NCBI GenBank assembly: GCA_963793305.1
Contig: CAWBZV010000003.1
Location: 1,024,001 to 1,088,000, forward strand
Source: an uncultured Gemmatimonadales bacterium
GTDB taxonomy: Bacteria; Gemmatimonadota; Gemmatimonadetes; Gemmatimonadales; Gemmatimonadaceae
DNA length: 64,000 nt
Direction of reading: 5' to 3'
The position numbers were made by a program, and so were the translations under genes. Of this stretch, positions 43,062 through 52,560 are shown one piece after another (positions within the stretch are counted from its first letter, which is position 1; each line of letters opens with the position of its first letter). The notes under the pieces are model-generated. The model was not told the origin of the DNA and searched no databases. It saw only the letters and a list, made by a program, of their open reading frames with translations.

Positions 43062-43679
43062 TCAGTATCCCGATGCGTAAACCGAAAATCCAGGGCACCG
43101 CCCCGTCACTGTTTGCGCGGGGATCTGTACGCTGCTCGATGCGGGGAACCAGAGGCCGCCCGGCGTCTCTTGGTACCAAATGCCAAGTAACGCTTGCAGC
43201 AGCGGCAACGTGAGCGGATTCGCCCAGTGATACGACATGACCAGCGTCGGCAGGTTCGAACTGTTAAAGACTAACCCGGACGGCTGGAAGCCAACGGTCA
43301 TGTGAGACGAGTCGGCGAGGTACATCGTGATCAAGAGCGAGTCGCCCTGCGCCAGCGTGTCGCCGTTCTGATCCGTAACTAATGCGCCGGCTGGCACATC
43401 GAAATACACGAAACGAGTAGAGTCCGTCTGGCCGGATGCGGCATGGTAGTAGATCGAGTCGTGACGATCCTGCCCGACCACCGCGTAGAACTTCACGGTG
43501 TCGGTCACGAGCCCTGGTGCGTTCGATGCCGGCATCAGAAAGTTCAACAACGAACCGAGTATGCCGTCTTTATGGATCACCGACGCTGCCGCCGGTGTCG
43601 TGGGCGCATGCGACATGTCGCACGCGGTGAGCGCCAGGAGAGCAGCGGCAATGGCGAGGGTCTTCCGTGTTACTGCCAT
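43062..43679 (-). CDS. Hypothetical lipoprotein, ZU5-like
   Basis: Lipobox LTAC; VPAGAL, FQPSGLVF, L.MSY, terminal GFSVYA. Confidence 0.7.
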   Translation of the reverse strand: MAVTRKTLAIAAALLALTACDMSHAPTTPAAASVIHKDGILGSLLNFLMPASNAPGLVTDTVKFYAVVGQDRHDSIYYHAASGQTDSTRFVYFDVPAGALVTDQNGDTLAQGDSLLITMYLADSSHMTVGFQPSGLVFNSSNLPTLVMSYHWANPLTLPLLQALLGIWYQETPGGLWFPASSSVQIPAQTVTGRCPGFSVYASGY

Positions 43680-44545
43680 ACGATCCTCGGGGGTGGCGTT
43701 GAGAGAAGGAGTGCGCGCTCGACCACGTTCTTGAGCTCGCGCACGTTACCCGGCCAGTCGCGGGTCTCGAGATCAGCGTAGTCGACCTGCGCGTGTTCCC
43801 CGCCAAACCCATCGACGAAGTACTGGGCAAGCGGGATGATCTCGTTTCGTCGGGCCCGCAATGGCGGGAGAGCAATGGGATCGGCGCCGAAGCGCCGACA
43901 GAGCTTGGCGGAGAGGTCGACGGGCGACGTCGCGATCATCCGGAGGTCGAAGCCGCGGCCGGCGATCGTGTCGAAGAGCGTGTCACCCAACTGAGTGATG
44001 GCATTGAGGACGAGCGTGCCACCGGCCGCCAGCGCGAGGAGCCCGGGTTGGCGGTCATCGCCGAACAACGCGCGAGTCGACGTGTGATCGCAGTCGACTT
44101 CGACGAACGGCGAGGCCTGACGCGGACCCTCGTAGTGGATCGCTCGGGCCAGCAATGTCTTTCCCGTCCCGATCTCACCGGTCAACAAGACCGGAGCACT
44201 CCGCTCCGCAATGAGACTCGCCGCCGATTGCAACGTCCCGCTCATGCCGACGATGCCCTCGAACCGATATTTCGTCCGCTCGGCGGCCGTGAAGCTGGCG
44301 TGTGCCTCTCGCGCGCGCAATTGATCAAATTGTTTGCGCAGCCACGATGTCAGCTGGTCCTGATCATTCGGCAGTGAGAAATGATGTGACGCTAACGCGG
44401 CACCCTGAGATGTCGCGGTGAGAGTGACATCGCTCTTGAGCGGTGCCTCGTTTATGACCAATGGCGCTCCGCAGGCCTCGGCTAATGCCGGCCATAGCGC
44501 AGCAAAATTTGTACTGGTCGTGGAGACGACCAATCGAGGATACAT
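43670..44545 (-). CDS. Degenerate sigma54-activator (bEBP)-like AAA+ protein
   Basis: VLLTGEIGTGKTLLARAIH, PFVEVDC, PPLRAR, WPGNVRELKNVVERA; lacks GAFTGA, Walker B and HTH. Confidence 0.85.
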   Translation of the reverse strand: MYPRLVVSTTSTNFAALWPALAEACGAPLVINEAPLKSDVTLTATSQGAALASHHFSLPNDQDQLTSWLRKQFDQLRAREAHASFTAAERTKYRFEGIVGMSGTLQSAASLIAERSAPVLLTGEIGTGKTLLARAIHYEGPRQASPFVEVDCDHTSTRALFGDDRQPGLLALAAGGTLVLNAITQLGDTLFDTIAGRGFDLRMIATSPVDLSAKLCRRFGADPIALPPLRARRNEIIPLAQYFVDGFGGEHAQVDYADLETRDWPGNVRELKNVVERALLLSTPPPRIVWQ

Positions 44546-44609
44546 TTCGTTTCCCCCCGCCATATGAATACAAGGTCTGCTCGCCGCTCGCCAGATTCGA
44601 GGAAACACC

Positions 44610-45224
44610 ATGATCGCCATTCTGGTTTTTGACGAAGTCGAAGTGCTCGACTTCGCGGGCCCATTCGAGGTGTTCTCCGTATCAAAAGCGGGTTATAACG
44701 TCGTAACGGTCGGCACGAAGCCCGAGATCCGCGCGCGTAACAATCTCGTCGTTCGTCCCACGCTCACTCTCACCGATCCGATCGAGCCCCGCGTGCTCGT
44801 GATTCCTGGCGGGTGGGGCACGCGCGTCGAGATGCGCAACGAGGCCGTGCTCTCCTGGATTCGCGCCAATGCGGCGAAGGCGGAGATCGTGTTCTCCGTC
44901 TGCACGGGCGCCCTACTGCTCGCGGCCGCCGGCCTGCTGCGCGATCTCACGGCGACGACGCACCACGGTGCGCTGGAGGAGCTGCGACAGGCCGAGCCGC
45001 GGTGTCAGGTCACCGATCGCCGGATCGTCGACAACGGCGCCGTCGTCACCGCCGCCGGGATTTCATCGGGGATCGATGGCGCGTTTCACATCCTGTCGAG
45101 ACTCGCCGGGATGAACGTCGCCATCGAGACCGCGCATTATATGGAGTACCCCTTCAATCCCGACGCAATGCCTGCACGGGGTCAGCCCGCGCCGCTCGCC
45201 GCGCAGGAAGCGTCGCCGCGATAA
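44610..45224 (+). CDS. DJ-1/PfpI family protein
   Basis: EVLDFAGPFEVF, IPGG.G, SVCTGA, TAAGISSGID. Confidence 0.93.
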   Translation: MIAILVFDEVEVLDFAGPFEVFSVSKAGYNVVTVGTKPEIRARNNLVVRPTLTLTDPIEPRVLVIPGGWGTRVEMRNEAVLSWIRANAAKAEIVFSVCTGALLLAAAGLLRDLTATTHHGALEELRQAEPRCQVTDRRIVDNGAVVTAAGISSGIDGAFHILSRLAGMNVAIETAHYMEYPFNPDAMPARGQPAPLAAQEASPR

Positions 45225-47478
45225 GCGCGGCGACAACGAGGGTGAGCGCGGCCGCGATGATTGCGAGCGGCTGTGGGGCATCGAGGCCAATGACGCTGTG
45301 GCCCACGAGCCTGAGCGCGAGTGCCGCGCCCGCGAGACCGAGCGCGAGGCCGGAGAGCACCGGGCGCATGGCGTCTCCCAATACGCCTCGGAACAATCGC
45401 GCCGGCGAAGCGCCCAGTGCGAGGCGAATGCCCATCTCCGTCATCCGTCGCGCGACCATGTACGACACAACGCCATAGAGGCCAATGCAGGCGAGTGCGA
45501 GCGCCAGCGCCGCGAGGACGCCGGCGCTCGTCGCCAGCGCGCTTTGGCCGGCCGTGATCCCTTTCGTTGCGTCGGTCATCGTCTCGAGGCGAACCAGCGC
45601 CGCGCGCGGATCGACGGCGTGAACGGCGTCACGCACCGGAGCGAACAGTGCGGCGGGAGCGCCCGCGGTACGGAGGACGAACATCGCCTGCCCCATGTCC
45701 GCCTTCGCCGCGTGCTCGAGTGGGATGAAGACGCGACACGTGGCCGCACCGACTTCCTCGGGCCGCTCGCCAAAAGCGCGCACGTCCCGCGCAATGCCGA
45801 CGACGCGGAGCGTCCCTCCGTCGGTCACGCGCAGCGTCCGCCCAATCGGGTCGACGCCCGGAAAGAACACCCGCGCCGCCTCGGCGCTCAGAATCGTGAC
45901 CGCTCCGTCGTTCGGCACAAAGTCCCGACCACGCAGGAGCGGGATCCCCGTTGCCGCCCAGTAGTCGGCGCCGATGCCGCTCGGGCCAACGTCGACCGGA
46001 CCGCCGTCCGGCAACGGGTGACAGACCGTCCGGTTGATGGCCGTGATGTGATCGCGCGCGACCGTGGCCGTCACTACGCCGGGAATCGCACCGAGCTTCG
46101 CGCGCACGCGCTCGTAGAACGCGAGCTCGCTCGGGCCGCTGTATCCCAACGTGTTCGCATACAGGGCGAACTGGAGCGTGCGATGCTGCTCGAAGCCCGT
46201 GTCCAGGCGCGCCATCGATGCGGCGCTGCGCACGAGTTGGCCGGTGACGATGAGCAATACGAGCGACAGCCCGACCTGAATCATGGCCAAACTCCGGCCG
46301 ATTCTGGGCGTCGAGCGCGTCTCGTTCTCCAGTCTTGCGACCGTGAGCGCCGGCGCGGCGCCAGCCGCCAGCACGGTCACGAGCACCGCCACCGCGACGA
46401 ACGCCAGGACCCGTCCACGGGGCACGAGATCCAGCATGAGCGGCCCCTGGCTCGGCGCGAGGCGCGTGGCGATCACGGGTCCGAGCACACCGGCGGCGAA
46501 TACGGCGAGGATCCCGCCGGCCAGGGCGTACACCAACGTCTCGACGACGAGCTGGCGGACGATCTGTGGGCGCGATGCGCCCATGGCCAACCGGATCATG
46601 ATCTCCTGCCGGCGGCCAGCGCCGCGGGTGAGCAGCAGGTTCATGACGTTGGCGCAGACCAGGAGCAGTACAGCAGCCGCGGCGGCGGCGAGGACACGCA
46701 GGGGCGTTGCTGAGGCGTGAGCGAGACGCTCGAGGCCCTGCGAGCCATCGCTCACGAGGACTCGCCCCAGGGTGTCGCGCGTGAAGGTGCGGTGGAGGTC
46801 CGTGAGCTCTCGCTGCGCGACCGCCGCGGTCGCGCCTGGCGCGAGGCGCGCGAGTATGCCCACGGTCGTGTGATCGTTCAAGCCGAGTTGGGGATGCCAG
46901 ATCAGCGGTAACCACAGGTCTTCGGGCATCTCGCCAGCCGTCAGCCCGGGAAAGTCACATGGCATGACCCCAATGATCGACGTGCTCAATGCGTCGAGCA
47001 TGACCGTCTGGCCGATCGCGGCCGTCAGACTCCCGAACTGCCGGGTAGCGTACGCGCAGCTCGCGACGGCGACTGGTGCGGCGCCCGGCCGATCATCTTC
47101 GCGACGCAACGGCCGGCCGAGGACCGGCACGCCGAGAATCGCAAACACATCGCCTGACAGAAGGCCGGCTGTTGCGACCCCGGGTTGGCGCTGGACTACG
47201 GTACTGAGTCGCGTGCCGTCATAGGCGATGATCCCGGAGAGCGACCGGCTCCGGTCCCGAAAGTACTCGGTCTCCAGGATCGTGAAGCCATCGTCCAGGG
47301 TCGCGTTGACGAGCCGCTCGGGGTGTGCGACCGGGAGAGGTCGCAGGAGGATGGCGTCAACGAGAGAGAATGCCGTCGTGCTCACGCCGAGTCCGAGCGC
47401 GAGGGTCAGCACGACGGTGGCGGTCACCAAGAGTGACCGGCGCGCTGACCGAAGCGCAAATAGAAAATCACGGACCAT
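45154..47478 (-). CDS. Duplicated MacB/FtsX-type ABC permease (ADOP-like)
   Basis: TLALGLG, LVCANVMNLLL.R..R.QEI.IRLAMGA, GLYGVVSY.V.RR.EMGIR, DPVQALR. Confidence 0.93.
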   Translation of the reverse strand: MVRDFLFALRSARRSLLVTATVVLTLALGLGVSTTAFSLVDAILLRPLPVAHPERLVNATLDDGFTILETEYFRDRSRSLSGIIAYDGTRLSTVVQRQPGVATAGLLSGDVFAILGVPVLGRPLRREDDRPGAAPVAVASCAYATRQFGSLTAAIGQTVMLDALSTSIIGVMPCDFPGLTAGEMPEDLWLPLIWHPQLGLNDHTTVGILARLAPGATAAVAQRELTDLHRTFTRDTLGRVLVSDGSQGLERLAHASATPLRVLAAAAAAVLLLVCANVMNLLLTRGAGRRQEIMIRLAMGASRPQIVRQLVVETLVYALAGGILAVFAAGVLGPVIATRLAPSQGPLMLDLVPRGRVLAFVAVAVLVTVLAAGAAPALTVARLENETRSTPRIGRSLAMIQVGLSLVLLIVTGQLVRSAASMARLDTGFEQHRTLQFALYANTLGYSGPSELAFYERVRAKLGAIPGVVTATVARDHITAINRTVCHPLPDGGPVDVGPSGIGADYWAATGIPLLRGRDFVPNDGAVTILSAEAARVFFPGVDPIGRTLRVTDGGTLRVVGIARDVRAFGERPEEVGAATCRVFIPLEHAAKADMGQAMFVLRTAGAPAALFAPVRDAVHAVDPRAALVRLETMTDATKGITAGQSALATSAGVLAALALALACIGLYGVVSYMVARRMTEMGIRLALGASPARLFRGVLGDAMRPVLSGLALGLAGAALALRLVGHSVIGLDAPQPLAIIAAALTLVVAALIAATLPARRAARADPVQALRRD

Positions 47479-47490
47479 GACCGGGGTCTA

Positions 47491-47506
47491 TGAAAGACCC
47501 GTGCCG
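47491..47506 (-). promoter_or_regulatory. Candidate sigma54 (-24/-12) promoter for the permease
   Basis: CGGCACGGGTCTTTCA vs consensus TGGCAC-N5-TTGCW; mismatch at -13. Confidence 0.35.
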
Positions 47507-47564
47507 CGAGCTATCCCATTGTCATTCAACAGCAATGGCTAGCTGCCAGTTTCGCCAGTGGGAC

Positions 47565-48914
47565 TCAGCGTGGCGTCCATGGGATTATGCGAAAGTGCGG
47601 GCCGGAGGTTGCCACGGGGTCGAGCTTGTGATGCGCGACGGTCTGGTGGACCTCACGCACGAAAATGTTGTCGCTGGTTGTGTCCTGAATGTGATCCGTG
47701 GCCCACACGAAGCGGGACGGCGCGATGTAGGCCAAGAGGACCGTCTCGCCGGCGATCCCGTCCATCGGGTAGAGCCGGACCTGCCCTCCCGCCAACAACG
47801 CCGAGTCGGTGACCGCGCGGATAGTCGGCTGGACGCGTGCGCGCTCGTAGTCATCTGGTAGCTCGGTCCACCGCCGCGCCAGCACGGATCGCAGGTACGT
47901 CACAATCGGCGCCGAGGCAACGAGCGTCGCGCCATGTGCCACCCAGAATCGCATTCCCGCGGTGTGCGGCCACACCGCGTTCATGACCACCATGACCGTC
48001 GGGTGATGACCCGGGAATAACTGACCCACGCGCTCATGTTCCAATCGCGCTCGATCCTCGCCGCCTGGTGAATCGAATACAAACACGGTGTCGCGCTGCA
48101 GCGAGACCACGGACGTGAACGCGGAATTGACCAGCAGATACGTGCCCCCGCCTACGGGCACCGTATCCAGAGGGTCCGCCGGAAAGCGATGTTGCGGATC
48201 GATCGGCAACGTCACCGTCGCATCGGGCACAACGAGACTCGGTGCGCTATCAACAGACACGAGCACACCACCGCCGCTGTACGGATCAACATACCGCGAC
48301 ATGTCGATCTGACCGTCGACCGATCGCGTGATCGACGCGGGATACAGTGCCCGCCGCCCGACATCGGACCACGTCTCGTAGTCGTACACGACATGAATGG
48401 GCCCGAGAAAGTAGTGAGCCTCCCTTCGCATGAGGGCGACGGGAATAGCGGTCCGTTCGTCGAGCAACAGGGAGTCAGTGCCGAAGCGCCCGCGCCGTGT
48501 GAGGACGATGCGATTGTAGTCGTGATAGAGACGATGACCGGCGACTCGCACGGTGGTGTCCATCCGCCACTCGGCCAGCACGGCCCACGGGTCGAACGCC
48601 CGGTACATCCACGCCCCAGCGTGCGAGCGCTTCGAGGCAAGCGTCCCATTCGTGAACGTGGCGCGCGGCGAGCGGATCGAGATCGTGCCGCCGGCGAGGG
48701 CCGCGCGCTCGACGCCCGTCGCGGGATCGATCCAGAGCGTGTCCCTCGTCGGGTACATGATGTACGGCTCGTACGGGCGGTCCGATTCGTCGCTCAAGAA
48801 CTGCGCGGTGGACTCGATAATCCGGAGGACCGCGCCGCGCGCGGCGTACACGCCGATGGCGCTATCGGCACGGGCCAGCCAGGCCGAGGCCGCGATGGCA
48901 AGAGGCAGTAGCAT
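47565..48914 (-). CDS. Exported protein with C-terminal degenerate metallo-beta-lactamase-like fold
   Basis: Signal peptide; FVFDSP, VVMNAVWPHTAG (in place of HxHxDH), ATDH, PH. Confidence 0.65.
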   Translation of the reverse strand: MLLPLAIAASAWLARADSAIGVYAARGAVLRIIESTAQFLSDESDRPYEPYIMYPTRDTLWIDPATGVERAALAGGTISIRSPRATFTNGTLASKRSHAGAWMYRAFDPWAVLAEWRMDTTVRVAGHRLYHDYNRIVLTRRGRFGTDSLLLDERTAIPVALMRREAHYFLGPIHVVYDYETWSDVGRRALYPASITRSVDGQIDMSRYVDPYSGGGVLVSVDSAPSLVVPDATVTLPIDPQHRFPADPLDTVPVGGGTYLLVNSAFTSVVSLQRDTVFVFDSPGGEDRARLEHERVGQLFPGHHPTVMVVMNAVWPHTAGMRFWVAHGATLVASAPIVTYLRSVLARRWTELPDDYERARVQPTIRAVTDSALLAGGQVRLYPMDGIAGETVLLAYIAPSRFVWATDHIQDTTSDNIFVREVHQTVAHHKLDPVATSGPHFRIIPWTPR

Positions 48915-49023
48915 GCCAGAGCGTACCACCCCGCTTCGTCGTCCCAATGCTGGCGTGCAGCGAACGCGGCATCCGTGCAGCCAATGCCTTGCTGCTGACC
49001 GGCGCACGTCGTACGCTCACAGG

Positions 49024-50019
49024 GTGCGGATGCGGACCCTCATTGCCCTCTGGTCGCTCCCCGCGTGGTACACGGCGCTCAACGACCAGGTCACCGTGCT
49101 CCTCAAGGGCGGTCACCTGTTGCCATGGGGCCAGATGGTGCCGCCGCTCGCCGAGTGGTACATGTGGGTGCCGATCACGCCGATCGTCTTGCGGCTCGCC
49201 GCGCGATTCCCGATCGCGCACCGACGCACGTGGCGCAACTTCGCGCCGCACGCTCTGGCGATCGTCTTGATCAGCATCTTACGCGGTGTGCTGTATACAT
49301 CGACCACGGTCGTGTTCGCGCACGCGACGCCGTTCCTGTGGCAGACGATCGTCTTCGAGGTGCCATTCGCGGCCGCGATCTATGGGGTCATCGTCGGCAT
49401 CGACAGCACGGCGCGTTTGCAGACGCAGCTGGCCCGGGCCGAGTTGGTGGCATTGCGCGCCAACCTTCAGCCGCACTTCTTGTTCAACGCGCTCCACTCG
49501 GTCGGCGCGTTAGTGCGCGCCCGAGACCACGATGGCGCCGTTCACGTGATTGCCGAGCTCAGCGATCTGCTACGCGCGCAACTGCGACGCGATGCCCCTG
49601 ATGAAGTCTCGCTGCGCGACGAGATCGCCTTTGTCGAGCGATATCTGGCGATCGAGCAGGTGCGGTTCCGCGATCGGTTACGCGTGCGGTGGGACATCGC
49701 GCCGGACACGACGGACGCGATCGTTCCGCGCCTCTTGCTGCAGCCACTAGCCGAGAACGCAATTCGTCACGGCATCGGCAAGTTGAGTACGGCGGGTCTG
49801 GTGGTCATCGCGACGAGCCGGCGCGGCGACTGGCTCGAAGTCACTGTGACGGACGATGGCCCTGGCCCCAAGGAGAGAAGCGACAACGGAGGCCTGGGTC
49901 TCGCGACTGTCCGCGCGAGGCTCCGACACGCGTACGGCCCACAGGCCGATGTCACGCTGGCCCGAGGACAGGCCGGTGGTGCGATCGCCGTGGCGCGCTT
50001 GCCGTTTCGCGATGCGTGA
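49024..50019 (+). CDS. LytS/YehU-type histidine kinase
   Basis: LQPHFLFNALH, LQPLAENAIRHG, DDGPG, GLGL; start GTG 49024 or ATG 49030. Confidence 0.93.
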   Translation: MRMRTLIALWSLPAWYTALNDQVTVLLKGGHLLPWGQMVPPLAEWYMWVPITPIVLRLAARFPIAHRRTWRNFAPHALAIVLISILRGVLYTSTTVVFAHATPFLWQTIVFEVPFAAAIYGVIVGIDSTARLQTQLARAELVALRANLQPHFLFNALHSVGALVRARDHDGAVHVIAELSDLLRAQLRRDAPDEVSLRDEIAFVERYLAIEQVRFRDRLRVRWDIAPDTTDAIVPRLLLQPLAENAIRHGIGKLSTAGLVVIATSRRGDWLEVTVTDDGPGPKERSDNGGLGLATVRARLRHAYGPQADVTLARGQAGGAIAVARLPFRDA

Positions 50020-50731
50020 GACGCGTGTGCTCATCGTCGACGACGAGCCATTGGCGCGCGATGTGATTCGCGGGCTCTTGAGCCGGCTTGATGGCGTCAC
50101 GGTGATCGGCGAATACGGCGATGGCGTTCGCGCGATCGAGGCCGTGCGGACGCTCGAGCCGGACATCGTGTTTCTCGACGTGCAGATGCCGGACCTCGAT
50201 GGCTTCGGCGTGCTGCGGGCGTTGCCGGCCGAGCGCGCGCCGGTCGTTGTGCTCGTGACCGCGTACGACGAGTTCGCGGTCAAGGCGTTCGAGGCCGAAG
50301 CGCTGGATTTTGTCGTCAAGCCATTCACGGATGATCGATTTTATCACGCCTTCGAGCGCGCACGCCGCCGCCTCGCGCCGGCGTATCGCACGCGACTGCT
50401 AGTGTCGTCCGGCAGGCGGTCGGTGTCGCTCCCAGTGGCATCCGTGACGTGGATCGCGGCCGAGGACTATTACGCACGCGTGCATGCCGGCACCGCGTCG
50501 CATTTGCTGCGAGAAACCCTGACGGCGCTCGAGGGCGAGCTCGACCCACGGACATTTGTACGCATCCATCGCTCGGCGCTCGTCAACGTCGACTACGTCC
50601 ACGAGTTACGCCGCGGCCCCGAGGGGCACTATAGCATCGTGCTGCGCGACGGCACACGCCTGCGGGTGAGCGAGCGCCGCCGCGCGGCGGTGCTCAAGGC
50701 GTTGGGCGCCAGCGCGATCAGAGAACCGTAA
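50012..50731 (+). CDS. LytTR family response regulator
   Basis: IVDDEP, FLDVQMP, VTAYD, VKP, FVRIHRSALVN. Confidence 0.95.
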   Translation: MRETRVLIVDDEPLARDVIRGLLSRLDGVTVIGEYGDGVRAIEAVRTLEPDIVFLDVQMPDLDGFGVLRALPAERAPVVVLVTAYDEFAVKAFEAEALDFVVKPFTDDRFYHAFERARRRLAPAYRTRLLVSSGRRSVSLPVASVTWIAAEDYYARVHAGTASHLLRETLTALEGELDPRTFVRIHRSALVNVDYVHELRRGPEGHYSIVLRDGTRLRVSERRRAAVLKALGASAIREP

Positions 50732-50795
50732 AGGCGTCGTAACGGCGGCCCGCGCTGCGTGGCGGACCACGAGGTCTTAGCGGCAGACTGTCAGC

Positions 50796-52058
50796 GTGGA
50801 TCGCCACGCGCGGCGTCAGTGGACGGTGGTCGGCTTGATGGTCGTCGGCTACGCGGGGTACTACGTCTGCCGCTCGGACTACTCGGTCTCGCTGCCGCTC
50901 CTCATCACCGAGCTCTCGGCGCATGGGATGAGGCCCGCGGATGCCACCGTCCGCCTCGGCACCATCACGTCCCTCGCCGTGCTCGCCTACGCCCTCGGCA
51001 AATTTGCCAGCGGCGCGCTGGCTGACCGCGTCGGCGGCCGGCGGTTGTTCCTAGGCGGCATGCTGGGCTCCATCCTCTGCACGATCGCCTTCGCGCTCGG
51101 CGGCAGCCTCCCGATCTTCACGCTCGCGTGGATCGCCAACCGCTTGGTGCAATCCACCGGATGGGTCGGCATGGTGAAGCTGACATCGCGCTGGTTCTCG
51201 TACGCGCAGTACGGAACCGCCATGGGTGTCATCAGCTTGAGCTACCTGCTCGGCGACGCGGGCGCACGGGCGTTTATGGGTGCGCTGATCGCCCATGGTC
51301 TCGGATGGCGCGGCGTCTTCTACTCCGCGGCGGCGGTCCTCGGCGTGTTGTTCGTGATCAACGCCATCTGGCTGCGCGAGGGGCCGGAGACACCACCGCC
51401 CGATAGTCCCGACCGACTCGATGATGGCCGTGGCGTGCTCAGCTCGCTCTTCAGAAGCCCGCAGTTCTGGATCGCGTGCATCCTCTCGCTCGGGTTCACG
51501 CTGTTGCGCGAGACGTTCAACACGTGGACGCCCACGTTCTTTACTCAGGCCGTCTCGCTGTCCGCCGCGAATGCCGCGACGCAAAGCGCGTGGTTCCCCG
51601 TGCTTGGCGCCGTGTCCGTCGTGGTCGCCGGATTTGCCAGCGATCGCCTCGGTCGGGGCGGGCGAGCGCGCATCATGTTGTTCGGACTCATCGCAACTGT
51701 TGTTTTACTGCTGCTCCTGGCCCATTCACGGCTATGGCCGGTCGGTCTGGTTGCGGCGACGGGGTTCGCGTTGCTCGGCCCGTACTCGTATCTGGCGGGC
51801 GCGACATCGCTCGACTTCGGCGGCCAGCGCGCCAGTGCTACCACCTGTGGCATCATTGATGGCGTCGGCTACCTGGGCGGCGTGCTCGCCGGCGACAGCA
51901 TGGCGCGCGTCTCGGTCGCGTTCGGATGGCACGGCGCGTTCGACGTGCTCGCGGCCGTCGCGTTTCTCACGGGCATCGCCGCACTCGCACTCGTCCTCAC
52001 ACAAGAGTCCCATGGATATCGTCGAGCAGATCATCACGCTGTACCGTCAACGCGGTGA
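50796..52058 (+). CDS. MFS transporter, organophosphate:Pi antiporter (GlpT/UhpT)-like
   Basis: GYAGYYVCR, YALGKF.SG.L.DR, 12 TM; first gene of the phosphonate operon. Confidence 0.88.
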   Translation: MDRHARRQWTVVGLMVVGYAGYYVCRSDYSVSLPLLITELSAHGMRPADATVRLGTITSLAVLAYALGKFASGALADRVGGRRLFLGGMLGSILCTIAFALGGSLPIFTLAWIANRLVQSTGWVGMVKLTSRWFSYAQYGTAMGVISLSYLLGDAGARAFMGALIAHGLGWRGVFYSAAAVLGVLFVINAIWLREGPETPPPDSPDRLDDGRGVLSSLFRSPQFWIACILSLGFTLLRETFNTWTPTFFTQAVSLSAANAATQSAWFPVLGAVSVVVAGFASDRLGRGGRARIMLFGLIATVVLLLLLAHSRLWPVGLVAATGFALLGPYSYLAGATSLDFGGQRASATTCGIIDGVGYLGGVLAGDSMARVSVAFGWHGAFDVLAAVAFLTGIAALALVLTQESHGYRRADHHAVPSTR

Positions 52059-52560
52059 CGAGATGTACGGCGGCGAGGCCGTCACGCAGACGGAGCACGC
52101 GCTCCAGACCGCGCATCTGGCCGAGGCGGACGGCAGTTCGTCGACGCTGATCGCGGCGGCGTTGTTGCACGATATCGGACATCTCGTGCACGACCTTCCC
52201 GAGAACGCGGCCGACTTAGGGCTAGATGATCGCCACGAGGCGCTCGGCGCGCGGTGGCTCGGGGCACACTTCGGACCCGCGGTCACGGAACCTGGCAAGC
52301 TGCACGTGGCCGCGAAGCGGTATCTCTGTGCCGTGGATCCCGCATATCTGTCACGCTTGTCACCAGCATCGGCGCAAAGTCTCGATCTACAGGGTGGCCC
52401 GATGGCCGACCACGAGGTCCGCGCCTTCGAGGCGCTTCCGTTCGCGGCCGATGCCGTCAAGCTGCGGCGTTGGGATGACGAAGCCAAGATTCCCGGCTGG
52501 GACGTGCCGCCGATCGAACACTATCGTTCGTGTCTGGAACAATGCCTCGACTCGCGGTAA
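52012..52560 (+). CDS. phnZ: Phosphonate-degradation HD-domain oxygenase (PhnZ/TmpB-like)
   Basis: YGGEAVTQ.EHALQ, LLHDIGH, HE, LHVAAKRYL, S..SL.LQGG, LRRWDD.AK. Confidence 0.88.
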   Translation: MDIVEQIITLYRQRGDEMYGGEAVTQTEHALQTAHLAEADGSSSTLIAAALLHDIGHLVHDLPENAADLGLDDRHEALGARWLGAHFGPAVTEPGKLHVAAKRYLCAVDPAYLSRLSPASAQSLDLQGGPMADHEVRAFEALPFAADAVKLRRWDDEAKIPGWDVPPIEHYRSCLEQCLDSR

